This document shows, in pieces, positions 56,211-64,000 of a DNA stretch of 64,000 nt (position 1 is the first letter of the stretch; each line of letters opens with the position of its first letter). The translations under genes and the position numbers were made by a program. The notes below the pieces were generated by a model. The model was not told the origin of the DNA. It worked only from the letters and a program-made list of their open reading frames with translations, and made no database searches. The stretch is from Chthoniobacterales bacterium (GTDB lineage Bacteria; Verrucomicrobiota; Verrucomicrobiia; Chthoniobacterales; JAFAMB01): the NCBI GenBank assembly GCA_036401335.1, contig DASWVC010000276.1, positions 741 through 64,740 on the forward strand, written 5' to 3'.

Positions 56211-57209
56211 ATGACCCCCACCCAACAGGATGCCGCCGGCTGTTACGAAAATCCGGACCGGCGTCGGCCGCGCGGGTTCGCGGATCTTCTGCGCTGGAAG
56301 TTGCGCCTTGGGCCCTCGGAAAATTCGGAAACGTTCCCCGGCAGCGATGGGCGGCCACCCTACCGCCCGGAGGTGTTCGCCCCGGACCTCGGCCGCATCC
56401 ACACGCCGGACCCGGCGCGCATCCAGGCCACGTGGGTCGGCCACGCGACGTTCCTGATCCAGGTCGGCGGCCTGAACTTCCTAACCGACCCGCACTGGAG
56501 CCGCCGCGCTTCGCCCGTCCCCTGGGCAGGGCCGCACCGGTCGGTTCCGCCTGCGCTGGCATTCGAGGACCTGCCGCGCATCGACGCGGCACTCGTTTCC
56601 CACAACCATTACGACCACCTTGACCGCGCAACCGTGCGTCGGCTCTCGGCGCGTCAGTCCAGCCACCCGGAGTTCCAATTTTTCGTCCCGCTCGGGCTGG
56701 GGCGCTGGTTCGCGCGGCTTGGCGCACCCGCGTCCGAGGCTGGCTGGGGCGGCCAACACCGCCTCCGTGGCAAGGTGACGTTGACCTGTGTCCCCGCCCA
56801 ACATTGGTCAAGCCGAACGCCGGTTGATCGCCGCCGTTCGCTCTGGTGCGGCTGGGTTATTGAGACCGCCGGGCACCGGGTGTATTTCGCCGGCGACACC
56901 GGCTGGACGGACGGTTTGTTCGAGGACCTCGGCCGGGAGCAGGGCCCGTTCGACCTCGCGTTCCTGCCGATCGGTGCCTACGCTCCGCGCTGGTTCATGG
57001 CCGACCAGCATGCCGACCCGCGAGAGGCTGTGCGCATCCACCGCGCGGTCCGCTCCCGGCGTTCCCTGGGGATGCATTGGGGAACGTTCCGGCTGACGGA
57101 TGAGCCGCTGGCGCAACCCCCGCTTCTCCTCGCGCTGGCTTTAGCGGAGGCAGGCGTCTCCCCGGCGGAGTTCCACCCGGCCCGGCTGGGCGAGACGCTC
57201 GAAGTTTAG
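56211..57209 (+). CDS. MBL-fold hydrolase (NAPE-PLD-like)
   Basis: ...ATWVGHATFLIQVGGLNFLTDPHWS...DAALVSHNHYDHLD...YFAGDTG...MHWGTFRLTDEP. Confidence 0.8.
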   Translation: MTPTQQDAAGCYENPDRRRPRGFADLLRWKLRLGPSENSETFPGSDGRPPYRPEVFAPDLGRIHTPDPARIQATWVGHATFLIQVGGLNFLTDPHWSRRASPVPWAGPHRSVPPALAFEDLPRIDAALVSHNHYDHLDRATVRRLSARQSSHPEFQFFVPLGLGRWFARLGAPASEAGWGGQHRLRGKVTLTCVPAQHWSSRTPVDRRRSLWCGWVIETAGHRVYFAGDTGWTDGLFEDLGREQGPFDLAFLPIGAYAPRWFMADQHADPREAVRIHRAVRSRRSLGMHWGTFRLTDEPLAQPPLLLALALAEAGVSPAEFHPARLGETLEV

Positions 57210-57252
57210 GCTCGAATCGACGTGGTTCAACCGACGAGAAACAAATGTCGGT

Positions 57253-57281
57253 TTGACACGTCAGTTGCGCAATCCTAGCAT
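57253..57281 (+). promoter_or_regulatory. candidate sigma-70-type promoter for the Liv-type ABC operon
   Basis: TTGACA (57253-58), a 17-nt spacer, then TAGCAT (57276-81), 42 nt upstream of the binding-protein ATG. The organism's promoter consensus is unknown. Confidence 0.35.
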
Positions 57282-57322
57282 GGCAACGTCAGCCACCTCG
57301 AGTGCAGGTGAAGACTCCCCCC

Positions 57323-58561
57323 ATGAAAAATCTGAAGCTGGGTGCCGCCCTTACGGCCAGCGCATTTCTCGCGCTGTCGACGCGAGTGGTTCTCGCTGAG
57401 GATCAAGAATTGAAGGTCGGCGTCGTCGCGGCCGAATCGGGATCGTTTGTTTCTGCGGGTAACACCATTGTCGCTGCGGCCAAGCTGGCCGCAAAGCAGA
57501 TCAACGATGCCGGCGGCATCAAGGTCGGAGGTACTACCTACACGGTGAAGCTTTACATCCGGGACAACCGGACGGACGTCAATGTGACGATCGCGGCTGC
57601 GCGCGAACTGGTTGACGACGTCGGGGTCAAAGCAATCTGGGGCACGGAGACGCACGATTTCTCGGTCTCGATGGCCAAAATAACCGGACCGGCGAAAGTT
57701 CTCCAGTTCTCCGGGAACAGTTCTTTGGGGGCGGTGCTGGATGACAAAGCTGTCGCCCCGGCGGGCTGGCTGCACTACACCTTCCAAACCGAGCCTCAGG
57801 AATGGCAACGCAGCGGCAGTACGGCCAAAGGGGTTTTGACGCTTCTGACGCCGCTGTTGCCGCAGGCCCCGAAGCATTCGGTCGTCTTTGTCGGGAACGA
57901 CGCTACCGGCCAGTACTTGTCCTCGCATTACGTGAAGGCGCTGGAGGCCGAAGGGCAGCAGGTGGACCTGGTAAAATACCCGCCCGACACAACCGACTTC
58001 TCACCCTTGCTCACCCGAATCAAGGGAATGAACCCCGACGTCGTACACTTCTGGTACAACGGCGACTCCACCTTGACCGCCTTTCCCCAAGCTTTGAAGC
58101 TGGCGGTGGCACCCGCTTACTTTTTGTTTGGCGTCGATCCCGGCATTTACGCGGAGCGGCACCTAAAATCGGACAAGCCGGTCACCCTGAGTTGTGTGCC
58201 GGTTTGCTGGGGTGCCTCGCCTTACCCGGCCGTGCAAGATTACTTCCGGAATTATTTTGAACTGGGCGCAGCCAAGGGACCGCAATCCTCGGTCTCCCTG
58301 CTCTACTACGATTACTTTTTTATGTACGCCAAAGCGTTGGAAGAAGTTGGCTCGCTCGACAACCCCGACGCGGTGGTTGACGCAATGCTGAAGATGAAAT
58401 ACCAGGGCGTGGTATCGCCGGTTCCCCTGACGTTTAATCCGCACCATCAGGTGACCTTCGCCACAGAGGTGTGCCTGGTTCAGCCGGGCACCTCCGACCA
58501 GTTCAAGACGGCCGTTGAACAGCCGCCGGCGGCACCGCCGGCCGGCGATCCGGGTGGCTGA
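57323..58561 (+). CDS. Liv-type (HAAT family) ABC transporter substrate-binding protein
   Basis: Signal peptide MKNLKLGAALTASAFLALSTRVVLA, then ...LKVGVVAAESGSFVSAGN...INDAGGIKVGG. This is the type-1 PBP pattern. Confidence 0.8.
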   Translation: MKNLKLGAALTASAFLALSTRVVLAEDQELKVGVVAAESGSFVSAGNTIVAAAKLAAKQINDAGGIKVGGTTYTVKLYIRDNRTDVNVTIAAARELVDDVGVKAIWGTETHDFSVSMAKITGPAKVLQFSGNSSLGAVLDDKAVAPAGWLHYTFQTEPQEWQRSGSTAKGVLTLLTPLLPQAPKHSVVFVGNDATGQYLSSHYVKALEAEGQQVDLVKYPPDTTDFSPLLTRIKGMNPDVVHFWYNGDSTLTAFPQALKLAVAPAYFLFGVDPGIYAERHLKSDKPVTLSCVPVCWGASPYPAVQDYFRNYFELGAAKGPQSSVSLLYYDYFFMYAKALEEVGSLDNPDAVVDAMLKMKYQGVVSPVPLTFNPHHQVTFATEVCLVQPGTSDQFKTAVEQPPAAPPAGDPGG

Positions 58562-58599
58562 CCTCAAAGAAGCTTCGACTGCGCCAGTCTCCCCGCGCC

Positions 58600-59469
58600 A
58601 TGCAGATACTCATCCAGCAACTCGTCAACAGCCTGTCGGTTGCCAGTGTTACCATTCTGATCGGGATCGGGATTACCTTGATCTTTGGCCTCGCCGGGAT
58701 CGTTAACTTTGCGCACGGAGAATTTTTGATGATTGGCGGGATGGCCACCTGGTTTTTAGTTACCTCGGGCTGGAATTTCTTCGCGGCGCTGGCAGCGGCA
58801 ATGGTCTTGGTGGGCGTGCTGGGATTTGTGGTGGAACGCGGACTTTTCCGGTTCACGTTGGACCGGCCGATGAACGGGTTTATCATGTCGATCGGGTTAA
58901 GCGTGATTTTACAACACGTCGTTATTCGTGTGTTTAACGAAGTTCAGAAAACCATTCCTGACCCGGTTGGCGGCGTTTGGGTAATCGGCGGCGTCGATGT
59001 GATTGCGATGCGCGCGGTCGTGGTGGGGTTAACCGCGGTGGTAGTTGCGGTGACCTATTTCGGCATATCACGCAGCCGCTATGGCATGGCGCTAAGGGCG
59101 AGTATTGCCGACCCGGACACGGCGGCGTTGATGGGCATTCCGGTCCGGCGTTACGTGACCGGCGTCTTTGTTTATGGCAGCGTGCTGGCCGGGTTAGGTG
59201 GTGCGCTGATGATCGCGCTTTTCCCTATTACCCCATTTACGGGGAGCGTGGTTATCATTCGCGGTTTCGCGGTTTCGCTCATCGGCGGGCTCGGGAATGT
59301 TGGCGGTGCCGTTCTAGGCGGCTTAATCTTGGGCTTGGTGGATGGTTTGAGCGCCGAATACGGCTTCCCGGAGTGGACCGATGCTTACTCGCTTGTCGTT
59401 ATGATCGTGATTCTGATCGTTCGTCCGCAAGGCCTTCTGGGAGGAACGCTTGGCCCGCGCGCGACCTGA
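58600..59469 (+). CDS. branched-chain-amino-acid-type ABC permease (LivH-like)
   Basis: MQILIQQLVNSLSVASVTILIGIGITLIFGLAGIVNFAHGEFLMIGG... Confidence 0.85.
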   Translation: MQILIQQLVNSLSVASVTILIGIGITLIFGLAGIVNFAHGEFLMIGGMATWFLVTSGWNFFAALAAAMVLVGVLGFVVERGLFRFTLDRPMNGFIMSIGLSVILQHVVIRVFNEVQKTIPDPVGGVWVIGGVDVIAMRAVVVGLTAVVVAVTYFGISRSRYGMALRASIADPDTAALMGIPVRRYVTGVFVYGSVLAGLGGALMIALFPITPFTGSVVIIRGFAVSLIGGLGNVGGAVLGGLILGLVDGLSAEYGFPEWTDAYSLVVMIVILIVRPQGLLGGTLGPRAT

Positions 59470-60491
59470 TGCAAACCATCAAGCGCAGCGGAGGTGGTGA
59501 GCACTGGGGTCCGTCCCGGGCCGAAGTGGTGGCTGCGGTGATTATTGTCGGACTTCTGCTCGGGTTCCCGCTGCTTCATCCCGGTTACCGCTTTTTGTCG
59601 TTGGCCATCACCACCGGGTTCACCGCCATTGCGCTGTACGGTCTGGCGTTCCAGTTCGGGCAGGCCGGCATCATGTCGGTCGGACACGCGGGCCTGATGG
59701 GCATCGGCGCCTACACCGCCGGGATCCTGGCCGTGAAATGCGGCATCGGTTTCTGGCCGGCGCTTCCTTGTTCCGCGTTGGCCGCGGCCCTCGTGGCGGG
59801 CCTGATCGGGCTGCCTTCACTGCGGGTCAGCGGGCAACATTACATCATCATCACCTTCTGTTTTTGTGCGTTGTTAGCCATCGCGCTCACCAACGGCGGA
59901 GGGTTGACCGGGGGCGCGAGTGGCCTGGACGTTGGACCCATCGGCCCTGCGTTCGGCCTCAACTTCAACAAGCTGCTGAACGCGTATTACCTCGTCGTCG
60001 CTGCGCTGCTTACGTGCTTGCTGGCCAATCACCTGCTCGTAAATTCGCCTTACGGACGAACGCTTCGCGCCATCCGGGAGAACGAAAGACTTTCGCGTGC
60101 GATCGGCATTAACACAAACCTGCACAAAATCGGTGCACTGATGGTAAGCGGATTATTTGCGGGAGTTGCGGGCATTCTTCAGGCCTACTACCTTCGACAC
60201 ATTTCGCCTGGCTTGTACGGGCCTTTTCCGAGCCTTTACCTGGCGCTAATGGTCATGCTGGGCGGTTCGCGGCTACTTTATGGACCGCTGACCGGGGCGG
60301 TGATCGTGAGTTTTCTTCCCGAACTCCTGCAGTTGAACCCGATCGATTCCCGGATCGCTTATGGGGTTGGCCTCCTTCTCGTCATCCTATTGCTGCCGGG
60401 GGGGGTCAGCGCCGGGCTCCTTGGCGTTTACCGCTGGGCGATGTCGAAAACACAACCTTCAAATCCGCGCGGACGCCGTGGCCACGCTTGA
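59469..60491 (+). CDS. branched-chain-amino-acid-type ABC permease (LivM-like)
   Basis: The ATG at 59469 overlaps the LivH-like stop (TGATG). It reads ...LYGLAFQFGQAGIMSVGHAGLMGIGAY.... The track start at 58977 lies inside the previous gene. Confidence 0.85.
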   Translation: MQTIKRSGGGEHWGPSRAEVVAAVIIVGLLLGFPLLHPGYRFLSLAITTGFTAIALYGLAFQFGQAGIMSVGHAGLMGIGAYTAGILAVKCGIGFWPALPCSALAAALVAGLIGLPSLRVSGQHYIIITFCFCALLAIALTNGGGLTGGASGLDVGPIGPAFGLNFNKLLNAYYLVVAALLTCLLANHLLVNSPYGRTLRAIRENERLSRAIGINTNLHKIGALMVSGLFAGVAGILQAYYLRHISPGLYGPFPSLYLALMVMLGGSRLLYGPLTGAVIVSFLPELLQLNPIDSRIAYGVGLLLVILLLPGGVSAGLLGVYRWAMSKTQPSNPRGRRGHA

Positions 60492-61203
60492 GATCACTGG
60501 ACTGCGTAAGGAGTTCGGCGGAGTCGTTGCGCTGGGCGGAGTGGACCTCTCGATCGACTCTGACAAAATTATCGGCATCATCGGGCCGAACGGGTCAGGC
60601 AAGACCACCCTGTTCAACGTCGTTACGGGTGTGCATAAACCAACGTCCGGCCGGGTGATCTGGCGGGGTGAAAACATCACGGGGGGGTCCGCTTACCGGA
60701 TCGCACGTAAGGGATTGGTGCGAACCTTTCAGCAGGCAATGTCCTTTCCGGGATTGTCGGTGCGCGAGAACGTGCGGATCGCGTGCGAGCGGGGTCGGTC
60801 GGAGGGCCGTGCGATCAGCGCCGTCGGGGGTTCGCCGGAAGAAGTTCTCCATTTTGTGGGCCTGGCCGATGAAGGCAATGAGATTGCCGGTTCCATGCCC
60901 TTCGGGAACCTTCGCCGTCTCGGGATTGCCCTTGCCCTCGGGATTAACCCGGAACTGTTGCTGCTGGACGAACCGGCGGCCGGCCTGAGTCACAACGAAG
61001 CGGATGACCTGATGGAGTTGGTGCTGCGGTTGCCGAAGCTGGGCATCGGGGCATGCCTCATCGATCACGACATGTTTTTGATGAGCGCATTATGCGAACG
61101 GCTTGTGGTGCTCAATTTCGGCACTAAGATCGCGGAAGGACCGCCGGCATTGGTTTTGAACGACGCCAAGGTCAAAGAGGTTTACCTCGGAGCCGACCTG
61201 TGA
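60478..61203 (+). CDS. ABC ATP-binding protein (LivG-like)
   Basis: LEITGLRKEFGGVVALGGV...GPNGSGKTT...LLLLDEPAAGL. The proposed start is a GTG at 60478, overlapping the upstream stop. Confidence 0.85.
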   Translation: MATLEITGLRKEFGGVVALGGVDLSIDSDKIIGIIGPNGSGKTTLFNVVTGVHKPTSGRVIWRGENITGGSAYRIARKGLVRTFQQAMSFPGLSVRENVRIACERGRSEGRAISAVGGSPEEVLHFVGLADEGNEIAGSMPFGNLRRLGIALALGINPELLLLDEPAAGLSHNEADDLMELVLRLPKLGIGACLIDHDMFLMSALCERLVVLNFGTKIAEGPPALVLNDAKVKEVYLGADL

Positions 61204-61964
61204 ACGGCCTGGAAGTGGAGCACCTGCGTACCGCCTACGGGCCGGTGGTGGTCAGCCGGGATGTGTCGCTGAATGTAGGGGAGCGGGAAATCGTGACCAT
61301 CCTGGGTCCAAATGGGGCCGGCAAATCCACGCTGCTCCGCGCGGTAGCGGGGTTGTTGCGGCCGAAGGCAGGAACGATCCGCTGGAACGGCCGTGAAGTC
61401 ACAGGGGCGCCGGCCGATCGAATGGCCGGCCTGGGCGTCGTGATGGTGCCGGAAGGGCGGCGTGTTTTTGCCGACCTGACCGTCGCTGAAAACCTGCGGC
61501 TCGGCGCGTACGGCCGCAAAGACCGGCCAGCGATCGAGGGTGACCTCCGCCTTATGGAAACCTATTTTCAGATTTTGGCGGCAAAGCGCAGCGCCCGGGC
61601 CGGCGACCTTAGCGGCGGCCAGCAACAGATGCTGGCCATTGCGCGCGGCCTCATGGCCCGGCCACGAATTCTGCTGCTCGATGAACCGTCGCTTGGGTTG
61701 TCGCCTTTATTGGTCCGAGAAGTGCGATCCGTGATCCTGGACGTCCGCAACAAATTCTCCGCCTCGGTTTTGCTCGTTGAACAGAACGCCGGACTGGCGC
61801 TCGCGGTGGCCGAACGGGGCTACCTGTTGCAGCACGGAGAGATCGTCGCCTCCGGTCCCATCGCAGAGTTACGGGACGATCGCCTGATGCATGAACTTTA
61901 CCTGGGGCAGGCACGCAACCCGAAAGCGGACGCCGGCCGCGGTCCCTCGCCGACCGGGAGGTGA
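61200..61964 (+). CDS. ABC ATP-binding protein (LivF-like)
   Basis: The GTG start overlaps the upstream stop. It reads GPNGAGKSTLL...LSGGQQQMLAIARGLM...LLLDEPSLGLSP. Confidence 0.85.
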   Translation: MNGLEVEHLRTAYGPVVVSRDVSLNVGEREIVTILGPNGAGKSTLLRAVAGLLRPKAGTIRWNGREVTGAPADRMAGLGVVMVPEGRRVFADLTVAENLRLGAYGRKDRPAIEGDLRLMETYFQILAAKRSARAGDLSGGQQQMLAIARGLMARPRILLLDEPSLGLSPLLVREVRSVILDVRNKFSASVLLVEQNAGLALAVAERGYLLQHGEIVASGPIAELRDDRLMHELYLGQARNPKADAGRGPSPTGR

Positions 61965-62057
61965 GGCGCGGGTCCCGCAACGCCATAAGCCGACGAATGA
62001 AAGGGTGCCACAAATGGCAAGCCCGGAAAAGAAACTTGGATTAAGCCGGTTCCCGTT

Positions 62058-62176
62058 TTGGCCGGCAGGGCGGCGAGTCCCTTCGCCGCCGGGGTATCGG
62101 GGTGGCATCCGCGGTCGGGTCGCGTGTCCCTGCGCGACCACCTCAAGCGCCCACCCTTCCGGGTCACGGCCGGCAC
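62058..62176. repeat. composite of hairpin repeat family 1 (inverted copy C, 62058-62092) and family 2 (copy E, 62117-62176)
   Basis: GGCGGCGA-gtccct-TCGCCGCC has a loop that is the reverse complement of copy B's loop. It is followed by GGGTCGCGTGTCCCTGCGCGACCACCTCAAGCGCCC...GGCCGGCAC. The composite lies just downstream of the Liv-type operon. Confidence 0.7.
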
Positions 62177-62361
62177 AATGAACGGCCGCACCACAACCTT
62201 GAAAAGGCGCCCCCTGCGGGGGTAGGTAAGCAAACCCTGCCAAATCTCGACCATAGGCAGCGCAGTCCCGCGTCGGAGGCGGGATCCTGCCCATCAAAAA
62301 GGAAAGCCGCCCCAAAAACAACGCGCCGTTACGGTCCAAACGATGGGGAGCACTTCAGTCA

Positions 62362-62917
62362 ATGAATGCGGGTGAGCACAACAATCGAATGACCCGGGAA
62401 AATTGCTTCGATGACCTGAAGGAATCGGAAGCTCGACTGCGTGCCATCGTCGATGCGATGCCGGCAATCGCCTGGCGCAGCCTGCCCGATGGCCCCGGAG
62501 AATTTTGGAACCGGCGATGGCACGACTATACCGGACTGTCTCCGGAAGCTTCTCGTGGCTGGGGATGGCAATCGGCGATTCACCCTGAACACGCTGGAAC
62601 AGTTAAAGGGTTATCGCTGGCCCGGTAATATTCGCGAATTGCAGAACGCGGTGGAACGGGCGGTCATCCTAAGTGAAACGGACACCTTCATCATTGATGA
62701 GAGTTGGCTCAAACCCGAGTCAGCAGAGGAGCGTCCGAAAGAGCGCGAAGGACTGGCGGCGCTGGAAGAGCGCGAAATGGAAATGATCGAGGCTGCTCTT
62801 GCTGAGTGCCACGGCCGCATCTCCGGGCCTTCAGGCGCGGCAGCGAAACTCGGGATTCCGCGCCAGACGCTGGAATCGAAAATCAGAAGGTTGAGGATTA
62901 ACAAACGCGGAGTGTAG
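62362..62917 (+). pseudogene. chimeric relic: PAS N-terminal fragment joined to the C-terminal end of a sigma-54 activator
   Basis: Frame 1 (62362..62628) reads ...EARLRAIVDAMPAIAWRSLPDGPGEFWNRRWHDYTGLSPEASRGWGWQSAIHPEH. Frame 2 (from about 62590 to 62917) reads ...[28 protein letters not shown]...AAAKLGIPRQTLESKIRRLRI. The rest of the PAS domain and the whole AAA+ core (Walker A/B, GAFTGA) are missing. Confidence 0.6.
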
Positions 62918-63073
62918 CTTCCAACAGGGAAAGCACGCCGGAGTGAATCATCGGCAGCGGCACACGTGCCGCTGCCGGTTTCCGCAACGTGACGCGGTTC
63001 GGTGCGTCGAGCGGCTCGCCTTTAGATCGCCGCGGATCCCGCCGTTCCTAGAGGACGCCGGCAACGCTGACGT

Positions 63074-64000
63074 TCAGAAGTTCATTGCGGTGACGGCTTT
63101 GTTTCGCGCGGTGGTTTGCAACTCATGTTCAAGACGTAGAATCTCTGCCGCACGCTCGCCAATGATCACGCAAGGGGCCATGGTATTGCCGGTCGTTACT
63201 CGCGGCATAATCGATCCATCCGCAATCCGAAGGTTGTCGATTCCGTACACTTTCAGATTGCCGTCAACCACCGACACGGGGTCGCGCCCCATCTTCGCGG
63301 TGCCTGTCTCGTGCCAGAAGCTCGTCGCGGCATCTCGAATGAAGCGTTCGAGTTCGGCTCTCTTCAGATTACCCGGCATCACTTCGCGCTTGGCGAACGG
63401 ACGAAGAGGAGCAGAGTTGCCGACTTCGCGGCAGAGCTCCACGCTCGCGATCGCGGCCCTTAGATCATCGGCGTCAGCCAGCGTGTTTGCCTCAATCAGA
63501 ATCGGATCCGCCGGATTGGGGCCGGTCAGGCGCAGGCGACCCCGGCTTTTTGGATGCGCTACCGCCCCAAACAACGTCCAGCCAGCGCCGGGCAGCATTC
63601 TCAGAAGTGGACTTGGGAACCTCCGCCTGACAGACGAGCAGGTCGGGACTTTCCAGCCCGGCCTTGCTCGTCGAGTAAAAGATTGCCTCGGACATGCTGT
63701 TGCGTGGTTCCAGCGCCTCTTGGTCTTCCCACACGCAGTCAAAGGCCACGTGGTCCTGAAAATTTTGGCCCACACCAGGCAGGTGCTGCAGAAGAGGGAT
63801 CCCAAAACGCCGCAATTCGTCCTTGTCCCCGATCCCGGATTGCATCAACACCTTTGGGGTATGGATCGCCCCGAGTGACAGGATCACTTCAAGTTCGGCG
63901 CGCACGCGGTGACTTCCGCCGGCATAAAAAATTTCGACGCCGGTCGCCCGCTTGCCCTGGAAGGTTAACCGCGTGACGAGCGCATGGGTGAGAACGGTCA
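63074..64000 (-). pseudogene. GMC-family oxidoreductase (choline dehydrogenase-like), frameshifted; 5' end beyond the window
   Basis: The upstream frame (63492..64000) reads ...RLTFQGKRATGVEIFYAGGSHRVRAELEVILSLGAIHTPKVLMQSGIG...LPGVGQNFQDH.... The downstream frame (63074..about 63600) reads GWTLFGAVAHPKSRGRLRLTG...FWHETGTAKMG...VDGNLKVYGIDNLRIADGSIMP. The frame changes within about 63585-63610. Confidence 0.7.

Noticed and set aside
58977-59468. N-terminal extensions in track ORFs that overlap the preceding gene. Examples are 58977 for the LivM-like gene, 12080 for the permease, 14274 for the ATPase, 51975, 54033, 54540, 40926 and 7499.
   Set aside because: The extensions are in-frame read-through of upstream coding sequence with non-protein-like composition. 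Internal ATG or GTG starts placed right after the upstream stop give normal N-termini or signal peptides.

Overview
High-GC bacterial chromosomal segment with tightly packed genes on both strands. I found no rRNA, tRNA or CRISPR array. The taxon cannot be fixed from sequence alone; gene content suggests a soil Verrucomicrobia/PVC-like or Acidobacteria-like organism (low confidence).

Ordinary content:
- Three ABC importers: a CUT2-type sugar system with a SIS isomerase and xylulokinase, a CUT1-type sugar system with a large Tat-signal binding protein, and a Liv-type system.
- Many oxidoreductases and hydrolases: two aldo/keto reductases, an SDR, CMD, two MBL-fold proteins, two alpha/beta hydrolases, an isochorismatase, an FAD disulfide reductase and a CrtI-like oxidase.
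- glgC, a GT1 glycosyltransferase and a CsbD-family protein.

The window is dominated by signalling genes. Two intact paralogous 5.6-kb genes (K1 20543-26116, K2 33628-39183, both minus strand) encode a Ser/Thr-kinase-like domain, STAND ATPase, helical/TPR region, GAF, PAS and histidine kinase. Their Hanks-kinase catalytic residues look lost. Each sits beside FixJ-type receiver proteins: a LuxR-output regulator for K1, and a stand-alone REC plus a sigma-54 activator for K2. A third copy (K3, 28969-31402) lies between them as a heavily deleted mosaic pseudogene.

The least explained item is a two-gene small-ORF cassette present twice (6243-6789 minus, 17863-18554 plus). It carries a conserved HPEWVxPNGxxxxCDxYxxRL core, and one copy has a good sigma-54-type promoter match.

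Gene decay is unusually dense: an IS630 relic, an antiporter fragment, a cupin with an amber codon, a degraded integrase, K3, an orphan REC 5' stub, a HlyD relic, a PAS/sigma-54-activator chimera and a frameshifted GMC oxidoreductase. Two families of GC-rich hairpin repeats sit at gene 3' ends.

All family assignments come from motif recognition by eye; no database search was run.
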